Source: Raillietiella orientalis
Lineage: Eukaryota
DNA: 20,000 nt
Direction of reading: 5' to 3'
Assembly: GCA_036172245.1 (NCBI GenBank)
Contig: JAYWIR010000129.1
Location: 61,850 to 81,849 of the forward strand
Position numbers and translations under genes: made by a program. Numbering within the stretch: position 1 is the stretch's first letter; every line of letters starts with the position of its first letter. Shown one piece after another: positions 1 to 10,320 of the stretch. The notes below the pieces were generated by a model. The model was not told the DNA's origin. It was given only the letters and a program-made list of their open reading frames with translations, and searched no databases.

Positions 1-3000
1 GTCTTCCTGGACGCTGACCTGTGTTCACGCGTCGGCAAACGGGGGAGGGTTGTGTCGACGTTGTCGGACCATTCCCGGTTAATTTTCGAGATGCGGCCTC
101 GCGACAAAGGACCGCCATCCAGGGATTGGCGTCTGCCGGGGGACTGGACGCGACTCTCAGGTGCGAAGGAACACCTTCGCGAATACCTTAGAGGCGTCAC
201 GCTCCGGAATCTCCAGGACTGGGACCTATTCAAGGAATCGGTCCGCGAGTTCTGTGAGCAGTTCCCCCTGGATCGCCTGCCCTCCGGATTCGGCGAGGGT
301 GCTCGCAACCATCAGGCCTATTTACAGGCTCGTAGGTACGAGAGAACCCCTAATGTCCGTCGCCTGGCCGAGTACCGCGCCGGGGCCGAACGCCAAGCCT
401 GGCAATCCGGGTCGGCCAGCTTGCTGGACGACCAGGGCCGGGAATGTTCGTCCCCGGCGTCGGTACGGCATCTCGTGCGGAGTTTTTATTCCTCCCTTCA
501 CGCCAGGGAGCCCCCGGATCGAAACGTTTCTCGGCGCTTGCTTCCGGATGGCACCCCGGCAATAGGGGAGGAAGAGATGGAAAGCCTCGACGAGCCTTTT
601 ACCACCGGCGAAATTCTCGCCGGTATCAAAAGGCTCAAGAGGCGTAAAGCTTCAGGGGAAGACGGCTTGCCTGCGGAGTTCTTTCAGAGCTTCGCGGAAG
701 AGCTGGCACCCCTGCTGCTTAAGTTGATCAGGCTGATCCGAGACGAAGGCGATGTTACCGCCTCGTTTCGGTCAGCCAGAGTGAGGCTCCTTCCGAAAGG
801 GGGAGACCTCAGGAATTTAAAGAACTGGCGTCCGATCACAATCGTGAATACGGACGCCACGTTGATAGCAGGGCTATGGGCTTCGCGTCTGGGGCAGGTG
901 GCAGAATCCGTAATTAGCCCGGAGCAGACTTATGCTGTTCCCGGGCGAAGTATGGATGCCAACCTCTTCTTCGCAAGCACATGGGTGCACCTGCAGAGAA
1001 GAGAGAAGAAAGGGATAGGGAAAGTCGGCAACCCCACATGGGGGCCGCCAGCCGGGCTGGGAAGGGACCCCCGGGCGGGGAAGGGGGCCCTAGCGCTCGC
1101 AGTCGATCTCCACAAGGCGTTCGACTGTGTAGACCAGGAACTTCTCTTGGAGCTCCTGGGTCGCATGGGCTTTCCACCCACCCTGATCTTCTACCTGCGC
1201 TCTTGCTGGCGGAATGCGATAATTACCGTCTTTTTCAGCGGTCAAAAGGTGTATGGCGTGCCGGTGCGGCGGGGCATAAGGCAGGGAGATAGCCTCAGCC
1301 CCCTGCTCTTCAGCACCTACTTTGAGTTGGTGCTGAGAGCGTACAGGGTGACTTTGGCTCCATTGGCGAGCTCGTGCCCCGGCACGCCCGCCGTAGCAGC
1401 GTACGCCGACGATCTTCTGCTTTTGTTGCCGATGTCCACCCCGGCAAAGGCGGTCGGAGACTTCTTCGATCTGCTCATCCGCGGGACCGGACTGCAGGTT
1501 AACAGGGCGAAGTCGTCGGTTGTGCCAATAGGTGCGGCGTGGGCAGGGCAGCAGGACTGGGTCCGTCTGGGGATCCCCACGGCGAGGTGCTTCAAGTACC
1601 TTGGTGTGCCGTTGGGGGACTACTCCCCTGCGGAAGCGTGGTCCAGCTGCCTCCAAAAAGTCCAGACGGCGATCGGCCCGTTCCTGGAAGGCGAGTTTCA
1701 CTTGCCGGAACGGGCCGCGGTTTGGAACGCCTCCGCGGCCCCCATCCTCCGCCCCTTGCTTTTTGTTTGCCCCCCCACCGTGGAATCCAAGAAGAGGACG
1801 AAGGACCTCCTCCGTATCGCCCTTTGGGGCAAGGGGAGGCCCCGAGTCCCACTGAAGGACTTGTGCGCTCCGCGTCGGGACGGCGGTCTTGGCCTCCTGA
1901 CGCTGGAGCGCGTGAGAAGCAGCGGCGGTGGCGAACCCTCGCCATCGCAGCGAAGATGTGGTGCACCCCTTGGTGCACTCCAGCCCGCCTCCTGGCCAGC
2001 CGTGTGTCCTGGTGCGATGGACTCGCGTCTTTTCTTCTCAGCCGTGGCCGGAAGATGCGAAGATGCGGCCTACTGCTCGGGCGCATGGCAACATTGGCCA
2101 AGGAGAACAGCTGGATGGTTTGCTGCCCCGCCAACTCCCCCGCCTGGCTGGAGGAAAATATTGGAACGTGGGCAGGAATTAACAAGACAAGCCACGAGAC
2201 GTGGAATCGTCTCCGATGCAGCCCCTACGCCCGCTGCACGCTGCGGAATCTCCTGGAGAGTCCAGCAAGATGCACGTGGGCAGAGACGACCTGTCTAGCT
2301 ACGGCGCTGCCCTTCCTGAAGAGGGCACTTCACAGCAGACGGACGCCAAGGTGGCAAGTCTCCTGCTGCATCGAGGGACGCGAAAAGTTAATCAGCGGCT
2401 GGACAACAGGAGAACTGGCAGACGCCACGACCCCGAGCGTCCAGCCGCGAGAACTAAGAAGATGGGGCGAGCTGCTGGCCATCCCTATGGATGTGCTGAA
2501 GTGGCCCCCGCTTCTTCAGGAATCCAGGATCCTGCCTCTTAAGTGGAAAGAGTCGGCGTTGCTGTTGTTGCATTGCGGTTTACCCTGCAACGCACGCCGC
2601 TCTCACTGGACAAGAGGAGTTGTGGATCCTGCGTGTGTCAGGTGCGAAGAGCGGGAATCGCTCTTCCACCTTATTGTGGACTGTGCTGCCCTTCGTCCCC
2701 TTTGGGAACGGTTTGGGACGATCCTCGGTCTCCCAACGGGCAGTTCCCCTAGTGCCGTTCTTCGGCCCCTCTTCGTGAAGGACGCTTTGCAGCCAGCCGC
2801 AGCCCTTGCAGCCTTGTGCTGCGTCCGAGGCATCGTGGCGGCATGGAGCGACACCAACAAGGAAGGAGTGGGTCAACACGCGAGGGATGTCTTCCCATAT
2901 GCCCAACGCTTCTTGCGAAGAGCTGCCGGATGGCCCCAACTGGGGAATATAAGGACTGACCTCGAGGGCTTCGTTCGACGGATGGGCCCTCTCCACAGCG

Positions 3001-3008
3001 AGCAGTGA
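1..3008 (+). pseudogene. E1 ORF2 (end of APE, reverse transcriptase, C-terminal zinc motif), one frameshift near 1918
   Basis: ORF 52..2298 has LSDH, KASGEDG, NWRPITIVN, DLHKAFD, GIRQGDSLSPLLF, YADD, FKYLGV, RRDGGLGL. It continues in the frame of ORF 1539..3008 (CVRCEERESLFHLIVDC). gtgagaagcagc here vs gtgaaaaagcagc in E2 shows a 1-nt deletion. Confidence 0.92.
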
Positions 3009-3220
3009 TCCCTTCCCTGCCCTCCAACCTCTTTTTGTTTGTTTCTTTTTATTTTACTTTTTGTCTTATCCCCATCCCCCTTCGCTGTCGGGGAGTGCCA
3101 CGCCGGGCTGCGTCCCGGTGTCCCGACAGGTCCTGTGTTTAGGGCCGTGGTGGGGCCTTGTACCACGCATGTAAAGTTTAATAATAAACGCCCCGGGCGT
3201 ACCCGGGTGATAACGCCGAA
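3009..3220 (+). other. E1 3' UTR: pyrimidine/T-rich tract, four predicted hairpins, AATAAA, no poly(A)
   Basis: ctgtcggg(3085)/cccgacag(3122), cgtggt(3146)/accacg(3162), gttta(3176)/taaac(3185), cccggg-cgta-cccggg (3192-3207). Confidence 0.8.
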
Positions 3221-3229
3221 GCCCTTAGC

Positions 3230-3245
3230 GAGTGGACGTGTGTTT
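3230..3245 (+). promoter_or_regulatory. Conserved element 5'-end motif GAGTGGACGTGTGTTT (candidate internal promoter)
   Basis: GGAYGTG core recurs at 8911, 11288, 15455 and 16673, each at an element start; 86 nt before the ORF1 ATG. Confidence 0.6.
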
Positions 3246-3319
3246 CCTTCGCTCCCGAGTGAGTCGACAGGAAGCGGTTTTTTGTTGTGTTGTTTAGTGC
3301 GGAACATCGTTGGTGTCCG

Positions 3320-5072
3320 ATGGCAGCGATGCCTGAGGACACCACGATGGAGGTAGGTGTGGGGGAGGCTTGCCCACCCCCACAGCCTACAGAATCAGGG
3401 GCGTCCGCCCCGGAATCGCCCTCGCCGCTAAGGGCGAGGAGCTGGAGCGCCTTGGTGGCCGCGCCGAGCGCGGAAACCATTACCGAGATGGCGGCCTACC
3501 GGGCAGCTGGGTACAAGCCCAGCTTGGTTTACCAGGTAGGCAATCTCTTTGACGGGCGAACTGCACGCGCTTTTTCGAAAGCGCTGCAGAACGCCAACGT
3601 GTTGGAAAAGGACCTTGACGGTCTATCCGTGCTAAGCGGGGGTCAGCGCGTTGAGGTTGTCTGCAAGGACATCACCTTGGCGCAAAGCTTGATAACCACC
3701 CCGCTGAACGTGGATGGACGCAAGATCCTACCAATCACGATGGACCGCTCCGTAGTGGTCCATCTGACAGGGATCACCAGCCGCATGACGCGATCTGCGT
3801 TTGATGATAAGCTGAAAAAATACGGAGAAGTTCACGCGTTATGGCCAAAGGCCACAATCTTTTATGGCTACGGTAGCCTTTTCGGAGGGCAGGCCGCCGC
3901 GCGTGTGACGGTGACGAAGGATAGTGGGATTTTCCACAAACTAGAGGTCAATGACGAAGTCGTAGACTTTTGGTACGTGGGGAAACCCCGCATTTGTGGC
4001 TACTGCAATGCAGTTAGGACACTTGCGCAAGTGGTGCCCGAACATTGTGTGCCACTTATGCGGGGAGAAGGCCACGTACTCGCCGCGTATGCCCTAAACG
4101 CCCCACTTCGGGTGCCGCCTGCTGCAAAAAGCACAGGCAAAACGCGGTAAACTGGTCGAAAGACCAAAGAGAGACTGGCCGGCAGCAGCCGCTAGCCCCT
4201 GTTCCTCCCACACAGGCGTCGGAAGAAAAAACCCTCCGAAGACGCGGGAGTCCAAGACGGCTGGCAGCTGGTCACCAAGGCCAGGAAGGGAAAAAAAGGT
4301 GCACCCCGCGGAACCCGCGAAAGCGGTAAAAAAGATAGCCGGCAAGGAGAAAAACCTGGGCCGCGCTCTAAGACCATGTGCGGGAATGTACGGTAGCACT
4401 GGAGCGCATAGCCGTTTCCGAGATTGCCACCCGGGGTGACGAGCCTTCCCTCGCCGTTTCCGCCTGCGCCCGAGGTTTCAGATGACAACCCTCTGTGCAA
4501 ACAGAGGGTGAGCCGCGCGACGCGCCTGTCGACACCGAGTACGCCGCGTTCGCAAAGGCGGCGGAGGAGCTCGCGGCCACGCTGGTGGAGCGTGAGAACC
4601 CCTCACGCAAGGCCGTGCGAAGGCCGGCTCCCGCGAAAAAGGCCCCCACAGGTGAGTCGGACCTGGGTGCCGGAAGTGCATCCTTCTCCTCGGAGGCACC
4701 CCGCAGGATGTCGGGACGCAAGTCAGGAGGCACCTCCCCTCCACCAGCGAGGAGGGGAAGCAGGAAGGTAGCGGTAGCGTGGGAATCCCGGAGTGGGAAC
4801 TCCCACGCTCGGAAGCCGTCGAGACGGCCACCTTCATGGAAGAGGGTGAGCAGGTGAGCGATGTCCTCCCTGCAGTCCCCGAGCCTGAACAGCCCGCCCC
4901 CATGGAGGAGGGCCATCAGGAAGGCGCGACCCCACCTGAGGGTGACCCGCTCGACGCGCCGTTACCCATGGAGGAGGGGGACCAGGTGCACGCAGCGCCT
5001 GACCCTCGTCCTCCACCTAGCGTTCCGCCCCAACAGGTGGCTGACGCCGCATCGCCATCTTCCCAGGAGTAA
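3320..5072 (+). pseudogene. E2 ORF1, gag-like nucleic-acid-binding protein, several frameshifts
   Basis: MAAMPED... aligns with E3 ORF1. First knuckle CGYCNAV is frameshifted at ~4015. Fragments 4495..4857 and 4779..5072 carry the tail, ending SPSSQE-TAA. Confidence 0.88.
4833..4985 (+). repeat. Three degenerate 66-nt (22 aa) PMEEG acidic repeats in the ORF1 tail
   Basis: ttcatggaagaggg (4833), cccatggaggaggg (4899), cccatggaggaggg (4965). Confidence 0.7.
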
Positions 5073-8000
5073 CAGTTGGGCTCGCCAGTCGCCGTCGTAT
5101 TCGCGCCGCCTGTTGGAACGTCAACGGGCTGCGCAACGACGGTAACATGCGAGTTACGGCCGACACCCTGCGTGAGCTCGACCTGGCCCTGCTGCAGGAG
5201 ATCCAAGTGATCACCGCGGCAGACGCCAAGGAGATCGAGACGTTCGCGGGTGGTCGGTTGCATTGGCGTTGCGGCCTCCGCAACACCTGCGGGGTCGCGT
5301 TCTTCGTGAAGCCGGCCATCGACGCTACCGTGAAGGGCGTGCGCTTCGATGACGACGTTCGGGTCGGTTAACTGATTCTCAGCTGGTCCGAATCGATCAA
5401 ACTGATCGTCACGAATGTGTACGGCTCCAGCGGTAAGCAGGGATACAGCGACCGCACCAGGCTGCTGGAATCCCTGAAGCGCGACTGGCTGGCGGACACC
5501 AACGTGCGGAAGGCTCACCTGATAGCGGGAGATTTCAATCTCCGTCTCCTAACAGGGTGAGCCAGAAACACAAGAGAACGCGATGAACGAGCTGTGCGCA
5601 GCCATGCGTGCGCGCAACTTGTCTGCGAAGAGGGGAATGGTCCGCAGCATCGACCACGTCTTCCTCCTCGCTGACCTGTGTTCACGGGTCGGCAAACGGG
5701 GGAGGGTTGCGTCGACGTTGTCGGACCATTCCCGGTTAATTTTCGAGATGCGGCCTCGTGACAAGGGACCGCCATCCAGGGATTTGCGTCTGCCGGGGGA
5801 CTGGACGCGACTCTCAGGTGCGAAGGAATACCTTCGCGAATACCTGAGAGGTGTCACGCTCCGGAATCTCCAGGACTGGGACCTTTTTAAGGAAACGGTC
5901 CGCGAGTTCTGTGAGCAGTTCCCCCTGGATCGCCTACCCCCCGGATTAGGCGAGGGTGCTCGCAACCATCGGGCCTATTTACAGGCTCGTAGGTACGAGA
6001 GAACCCCTGATGTCCGTCGCCTGGCCGAGTACCGCGCCGGGGCCGAACGCCAAGCCTGGCAATCCGGGTCGGCCAGCTTGCTGGACGACCAGGGCCGGAA
6101 ATGTTCGTCCCCGGCATCGGTACGGCATCTCGTGCGGAGTTTTTATTCCTCCCTTTACGCCAGGGAGCCCATGGATCGAAACGCATCTCGACACTTGCTT
6201 CAGGATGGCACCCCGGCAATAAGGGAGAAGGAGATGGAAAGCCTCGACGAGCCTTTTACCACCTGCGAAATTCTCGCCGGTATCAAAAGGCTCAAGAGGC
6301 GTAAAGCTACAGGGGAAGACGGCTTGCCTGCGGAGTTCTTTCAGAGCTTCGCGGAAGAGCTGGCAGCCCTGCTGCTTAGTGGATCAGGCTGATCCGAGAC
6401 GAAGGCGATGTTCCTGCCTCGTTTCAATGGCCAGATGAGGCTCCTGCCGAAAAGGGGAGGACCTCAGGGATTTAAAGAACTGGCGTCGGATCACGATCGT
6501 GAATACGGACGCCAAGTTGATTGCCGGGCTGTATGCGTCGCGTTTGGGGCAGGTGTCCAATTCCATAATTAGCCCGGAGCAGACTTATGCTGTTCCCGGG
6601 CGAAGTATGGATGCCAACCACTTCTTCGCATGCACATAGGTGCACCTGCAGAGAAGAGAGAAGAAAGGGATAGGGAAGGTCGGCAACCCCACATTGGGGC
6701 CGCCAGCCGGGCTGGGAAGGAAATCTCGGGCGGATAAGGCGGCTATAGCGCTCGCAGTCGATCTCCACAAAGCGTTAGACTGTGTAGACCAGTAACTACT
6801 CTTGGAGCTCCTGGGTCGCATGGGCATTTTACCCTTCCTGATTTCCTACCTGCGCTCTTGCTGGCGGAATGCGATAATTACCGTCTCATTCAGCGGTCAC
6901 AAGGTGCATGGCATGCCGGGGCGGCGGGGCATAAGGCAGGGCGATAGCCTCAGCTCCCTGCTCTTCAGCACCTACTTTGAGTTGGTGCTGAGAGCGTACA
7001 GGGTGACCCTCGCCCCATTGCCGAGCTTCTGCCCCGGCACGTCCGCCGTTGCAGCGTACGCTGATGATCTTCTGCTCTTGTTGCCAATGTCCTCCCCGGC
7101 TAAGGCGGTCGGAGACTTCTTCGTTCTGCTCAGCCGCGGGACCGGACTGCAGGTTAACAGGGAGAAGTCGTCGGTTGTGCCAATAGGTGTGGCTTGGGCA
7201 GGACAGCAGGACTGGTTCCGTCTAAGGATCCCCTCGGCGAGGTGCTTCAAGAACCTTGGTGTGCCGTTTGGGGACTACTCCCCTGCGGAAGCGTGGTCCA
7301 GCTGGCTCCAAAAAGTCGAGGCAGCGATCGGCCCGTTCCTGGAAGGCAAGTTTCACTTGCCGGAACGGGCCGCGGTTTGGAACACCTTCTCGGCCCCCAT
7401 CCACCGCCCTTTGTTTTTGTTCGCACCCCCACCTTGGAATCCAAGAAGAGGACGAAGGACCTCCTCCGTATCAACCTTTGTGGCAAGGGGAAGCCCCGAG
7501 TCCCACTGAAGGACTTGTGCGCTCCGCGTCGGGACGGCGGTCTTGGCCTCCTGACGCTGGAGCGCGTGAAAAAGCAGCTGCGGTGGCGAACCCTTGCCAT
7601 CGCAGCGAAGATGTGGAGCACCCCTTGGTGCACGAGGGCCCGCCTCCTGGCCAGCCGTGTGCCCCGGTGCGATGGACTCGCGTCCTTTCTTCTGAGCCGT
7701 TGCCGAAAGATGCGAGGATGCGGCTTACTCCTCAAGCGCATGGCAACATTGGCCAAGGAGAACAGCTGGATGGTTTGCTGCCCCGCCAACTCCCCCGCCT
7801 GGCTGGAGGAGAATATTGGAACTGGAGGAGAATATTGGAACGTGGGCAGTAGTTAACCAGAGAAGCCACGAGACGTGGAATCGTCTCCCATGCAGCCCCT
7901 ACGCCCGCTGCACGCTGCGAAATCTCCTGGAGAGTCCAGCAAGATGCACGTGGGCAGAGACGACCTGCCTAGCTACGGCGCTGCCCTTCCTCAGGAGGCA

Positions 8001-8681
8001 CTTCACAGCAGACGGACGCCAAGGTGGCAAGTCTCCTGCTGCATCGAGGGACGCGAAAAATTGATCAGCGGCTGGACAACAGGAGAACTAGCCGACGCCA
8101 CGACCCAGAGCGTCCAGCCGCGAGGATTATTAAGATGGGACGAGCTGCTCGCTATCCCCAGGGATGAGCTGAAGTGGCCCCCGGTGATGAAAGAATCCAG
8201 GATCCTGCCCCTTAAGTGGCAAGAGTCGGCGTTGCTTCTGTTGCACTGGGGTCTACCCTGCAACGCGCGCCGCTTCCACTGCACGAGGGGAGCTGTGGAT
8301 CCCGCGTGTGCCAGGTGCGGGGAGCGGGAGTCGCTTCCCCACCTTATTGTGGATTGTGCTGCCCTCCGACCCCTTTGGGAACGGTTTGGGACGACCCTCG
8401 GGCTACCTACAGGCAGCACCCCCAGAGACGTTCTTCGGCCCCTCTTCGTGAAGGACACACTGCAGCCAGCCGCAGCCATCGCAGCTTTTTGCTGCGTCCG
8501 AGGCATCGTGGCGGCATGGAGCGACGGCAACAACGAAGGAGTGTATCCACAGGCGAGGGATGTCATCCCGTATGCCAAACGCTTCTTGCGAAGAGCTGCC
8601 GGATGGCCCCAACTGGGGAATATGCAGACTGACCTCGAGGGCTTCGTTCGACGGATGGGCCCTCTCCACAGCGAACAGTGA
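5072..8681 (+). pseudogene. E2 ORF2 (APE + RT + Cys/His motif), multiple stops and frameshifts
   Basis: CWNVNGL (5111), LLQE, NVYG, AGDFN, SIDH, LSDH, GIRQGD, YADD, GGLGL, CARCGERESLPHLIVDC; stops at 5369, ~6637 and ~6793. Confidence 0.92.
7803..7840 (+). repeat. Perfect 19-bp tandem duplication ctggaggagaatattggaa x2
   Basis: Single copy at the homologous E1 position (~2148-2166); causes a frameshift in E2. Confidence 0.92.
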
Positions 8682-8893
8682 TCCCTTCCCTGCCCTCCAA
8701 CTTCTTTTTGTTTGTTTCTTTTTATTTTACTATTTGTCTTATCCCCATCCCCCTTCGCTGTCGGGGAGTGCCACGCCGGGCTGCTTCCCGGTGTCCCGAC
8801 AGGTCCTGTGTTTACGGCCGTGGTGGGGCCTTGTACCACGCATGTAAGGTTTATTAACAAACGCTCCGGGCGTACCCGGGTGATAACACCGAA
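8682..8893 (+). other. E2 3' UTR, near-identical to the E1 3' UTR
   Basis: Same hairpins at offset +5673; terminal hairpin tccggg-cgta-cccggg at 8865-8880; AACAAA in place of AATAAA. Confidence 0.8.
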
Positions 8894-10208
8894 TCCCCTT
8901 TGGGGAGAGAGGATGTGCTTTTCCTGCGCTCCGCCTGCGTGGCAAGGCGAGTGGTTTTCCCTTGAGTGGTTTGTGCATGCACATCGTCGGTGTCGGATGG
9001 CAGCGTTGCCAGAGGACAATGCGATGGAAGTAGGCGTGGGGGAGGCTTGTTCGCCCCCACAGCCCACTGGATCAGGGGCATCCGCCTTGGAATCGTCCCC
9101 GGCGACGCCGAGGTCATGGAGCGCCATGGTGGCTGCGACAAGCGTGGAAGCCATGGCCGAGATGGAAGCCTACAAACAAGCGGGGTATAAACCCTCGCTA
9201 GTCTACAAGGTAGGCAACCTTTTTGATGGGCGAACTGCACGCGCCTTTACGAAGGCGCTGCAGGACGCCAATATTCTCGAACAAGATCTTGACGGCCTCT
9301 CCGTCCTCAGCGGCGGGCAGCGGGTCGAGGTGGTATGCAAAGATATCACCTTGGCCCAACGCCTGATCACCGACCCGCTGATCGTTGATGGTCGGAAAAT
9401 CTTAACGGTGACGATGGACCGCTCGGTAGTGATCCATCTCACTTGGATCTCCAGTCGCATGACTAGGTCAGCGGTTGGAGATCAGTTGCGAGAGCACGCA
9501 GAAGTGCACGCGTTGTGGCCGAAGCCCACGATTTTCCAAGGCTACAATATCCTTTTAGGGGGTCAAGCTGCGGCGCGTATCACCGTAAACGAGGGTGGTG
9601 CGCTTCCCCACAAGCTGGAGGTCTGCCAAGAAGCGGTGGACCTCTGGAACGTGGGGAAACCCCAATTTTGTCGCTACTGCAATGCAGTAGGGCACCTACG
9701 AAAAAGGTGCCCGAAAATTGTGTGCCACCCATGCGGGGAAAAGGATCACGTTCGCGTGAGCCCCAAGCGCCCCACCCCGGTGCCCCCTGTCGCCAAAAAG
9801 GCGCAGGGAAAACGTGGAAAACTGGTAGAAAGACCAGTTCGCGAAAATGGCCGTTTCCAACTGCCAGCCTCCCTTCCTCCCGTACAGACGTCGGAGGAAA
9901 TAGCTCCCGTGGACGCGGGAATGGAGGAGGGTTGGCAGCTGGTTCAGGCCAGAAAAGAAAAAAAAAAGAAATTAATGCCAGAAGAAAAGTCGGAGAAGAG
10001 AACTGCCGGCAAGAAGAAAAAAGCCGCGCCGCTTTCAAAAAAAAAACAACTTCGCAAAGGCTCGGTGGCACTGGAACGCTCAGTCGTTCCGGCCGAGTCC
10101 GCACGCGGCAATGTTCGCGGAACAGCTGATGCGGACGCGATGAATACTCGCGTGGACGAGCCTATTCTATGTTTAGAGGGTGAGACGCGAGACTCGCGCG
10201 CCGACTGC

Positions 10209-10320
10209 CAGGACGCCGCGCTCCATAAAGTCGCGGAGGAGCCCGCGGCAACGGTCGCTGCTGGCGAAGACGCGGCCTTCGAGAAAGCGGCGGAGGAGCT
10301 CGCAGCAACGCTCGCCGAGC
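10209..10320 (+). repeat. Degenerate 57-nt (19 aa) tandem duplication QDAALHKVAEEPAATV / EDAAFEKAAEELAATL
   Basis: Units start at 10209 and 10266; E2 and E6 have one copy. Confidence 0.75.

Larger units (their letters stand above)
1..3220 (+). mobile_element. E1: 3' half of an L1/Tx1-like non-LTR retrotransposon (family A), entering from the left edge
   Basis: APE C-terminus (SDH), RT motifs, Cys/His motif and a structured 3' UTR; highly similar to 5658-8893. Confidence 0.93.
3230..8893 (+). mobile_element. E2: full-length (~5.66 kb) degenerate family A element
   Basis: 5' motif, ORF1, ORF2 and 3' UTR in order; its ORF2 stop lies 5673 nt after that of E1. Confidence 0.93.

Noticed and set aside
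1..3008. Bacterial RT system (group II intron, retron, DGR)
   Set aside because: APE domain, CCHC gag-like ORF1 and GGLG plus Cys/His C-terminus indicate eukaryotic non-LTR retrotransposons.
3200..3225. Hammerhead-like core gtgataa...gaa
   Set aside because: Lacks CUGANGA, the C3-G8 pair and a stem II.
3211..3230. Fragment of a conserved target gene (U2 snRNA, tRNA, rRNA, spliced leader) or telomeric repeat at junctions
   Set aside because: I recognise none, and the linkers differ between junctions.
3132..3232. Resemblance to a pistol ribozyme (ttagggcc ... aagcccttagcg)
   Set aside because: The pseudoknot pairing is imperfect, the spacing is too long, and E2 (ttacggcc ... aatcccctttgg) does not keep it.
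3230..3320. HDV-like ribozyme in the ~85-nt 5' UTRs
   Set aside because: I could find only simple hairpins that differ between copies and no nested double pseudoknot; a covariance-model search would be needed to exclude it fully.
3009..8893. LTRs or DIRS-type terminal repeats (3009-3220 vs 8682-8893)
   Set aside because: They are the 3' ends of two adjacent elements, with homology extending 3 kb into ORF2; no integrase, protease, RNase H or tyrosine recombinase is seen.
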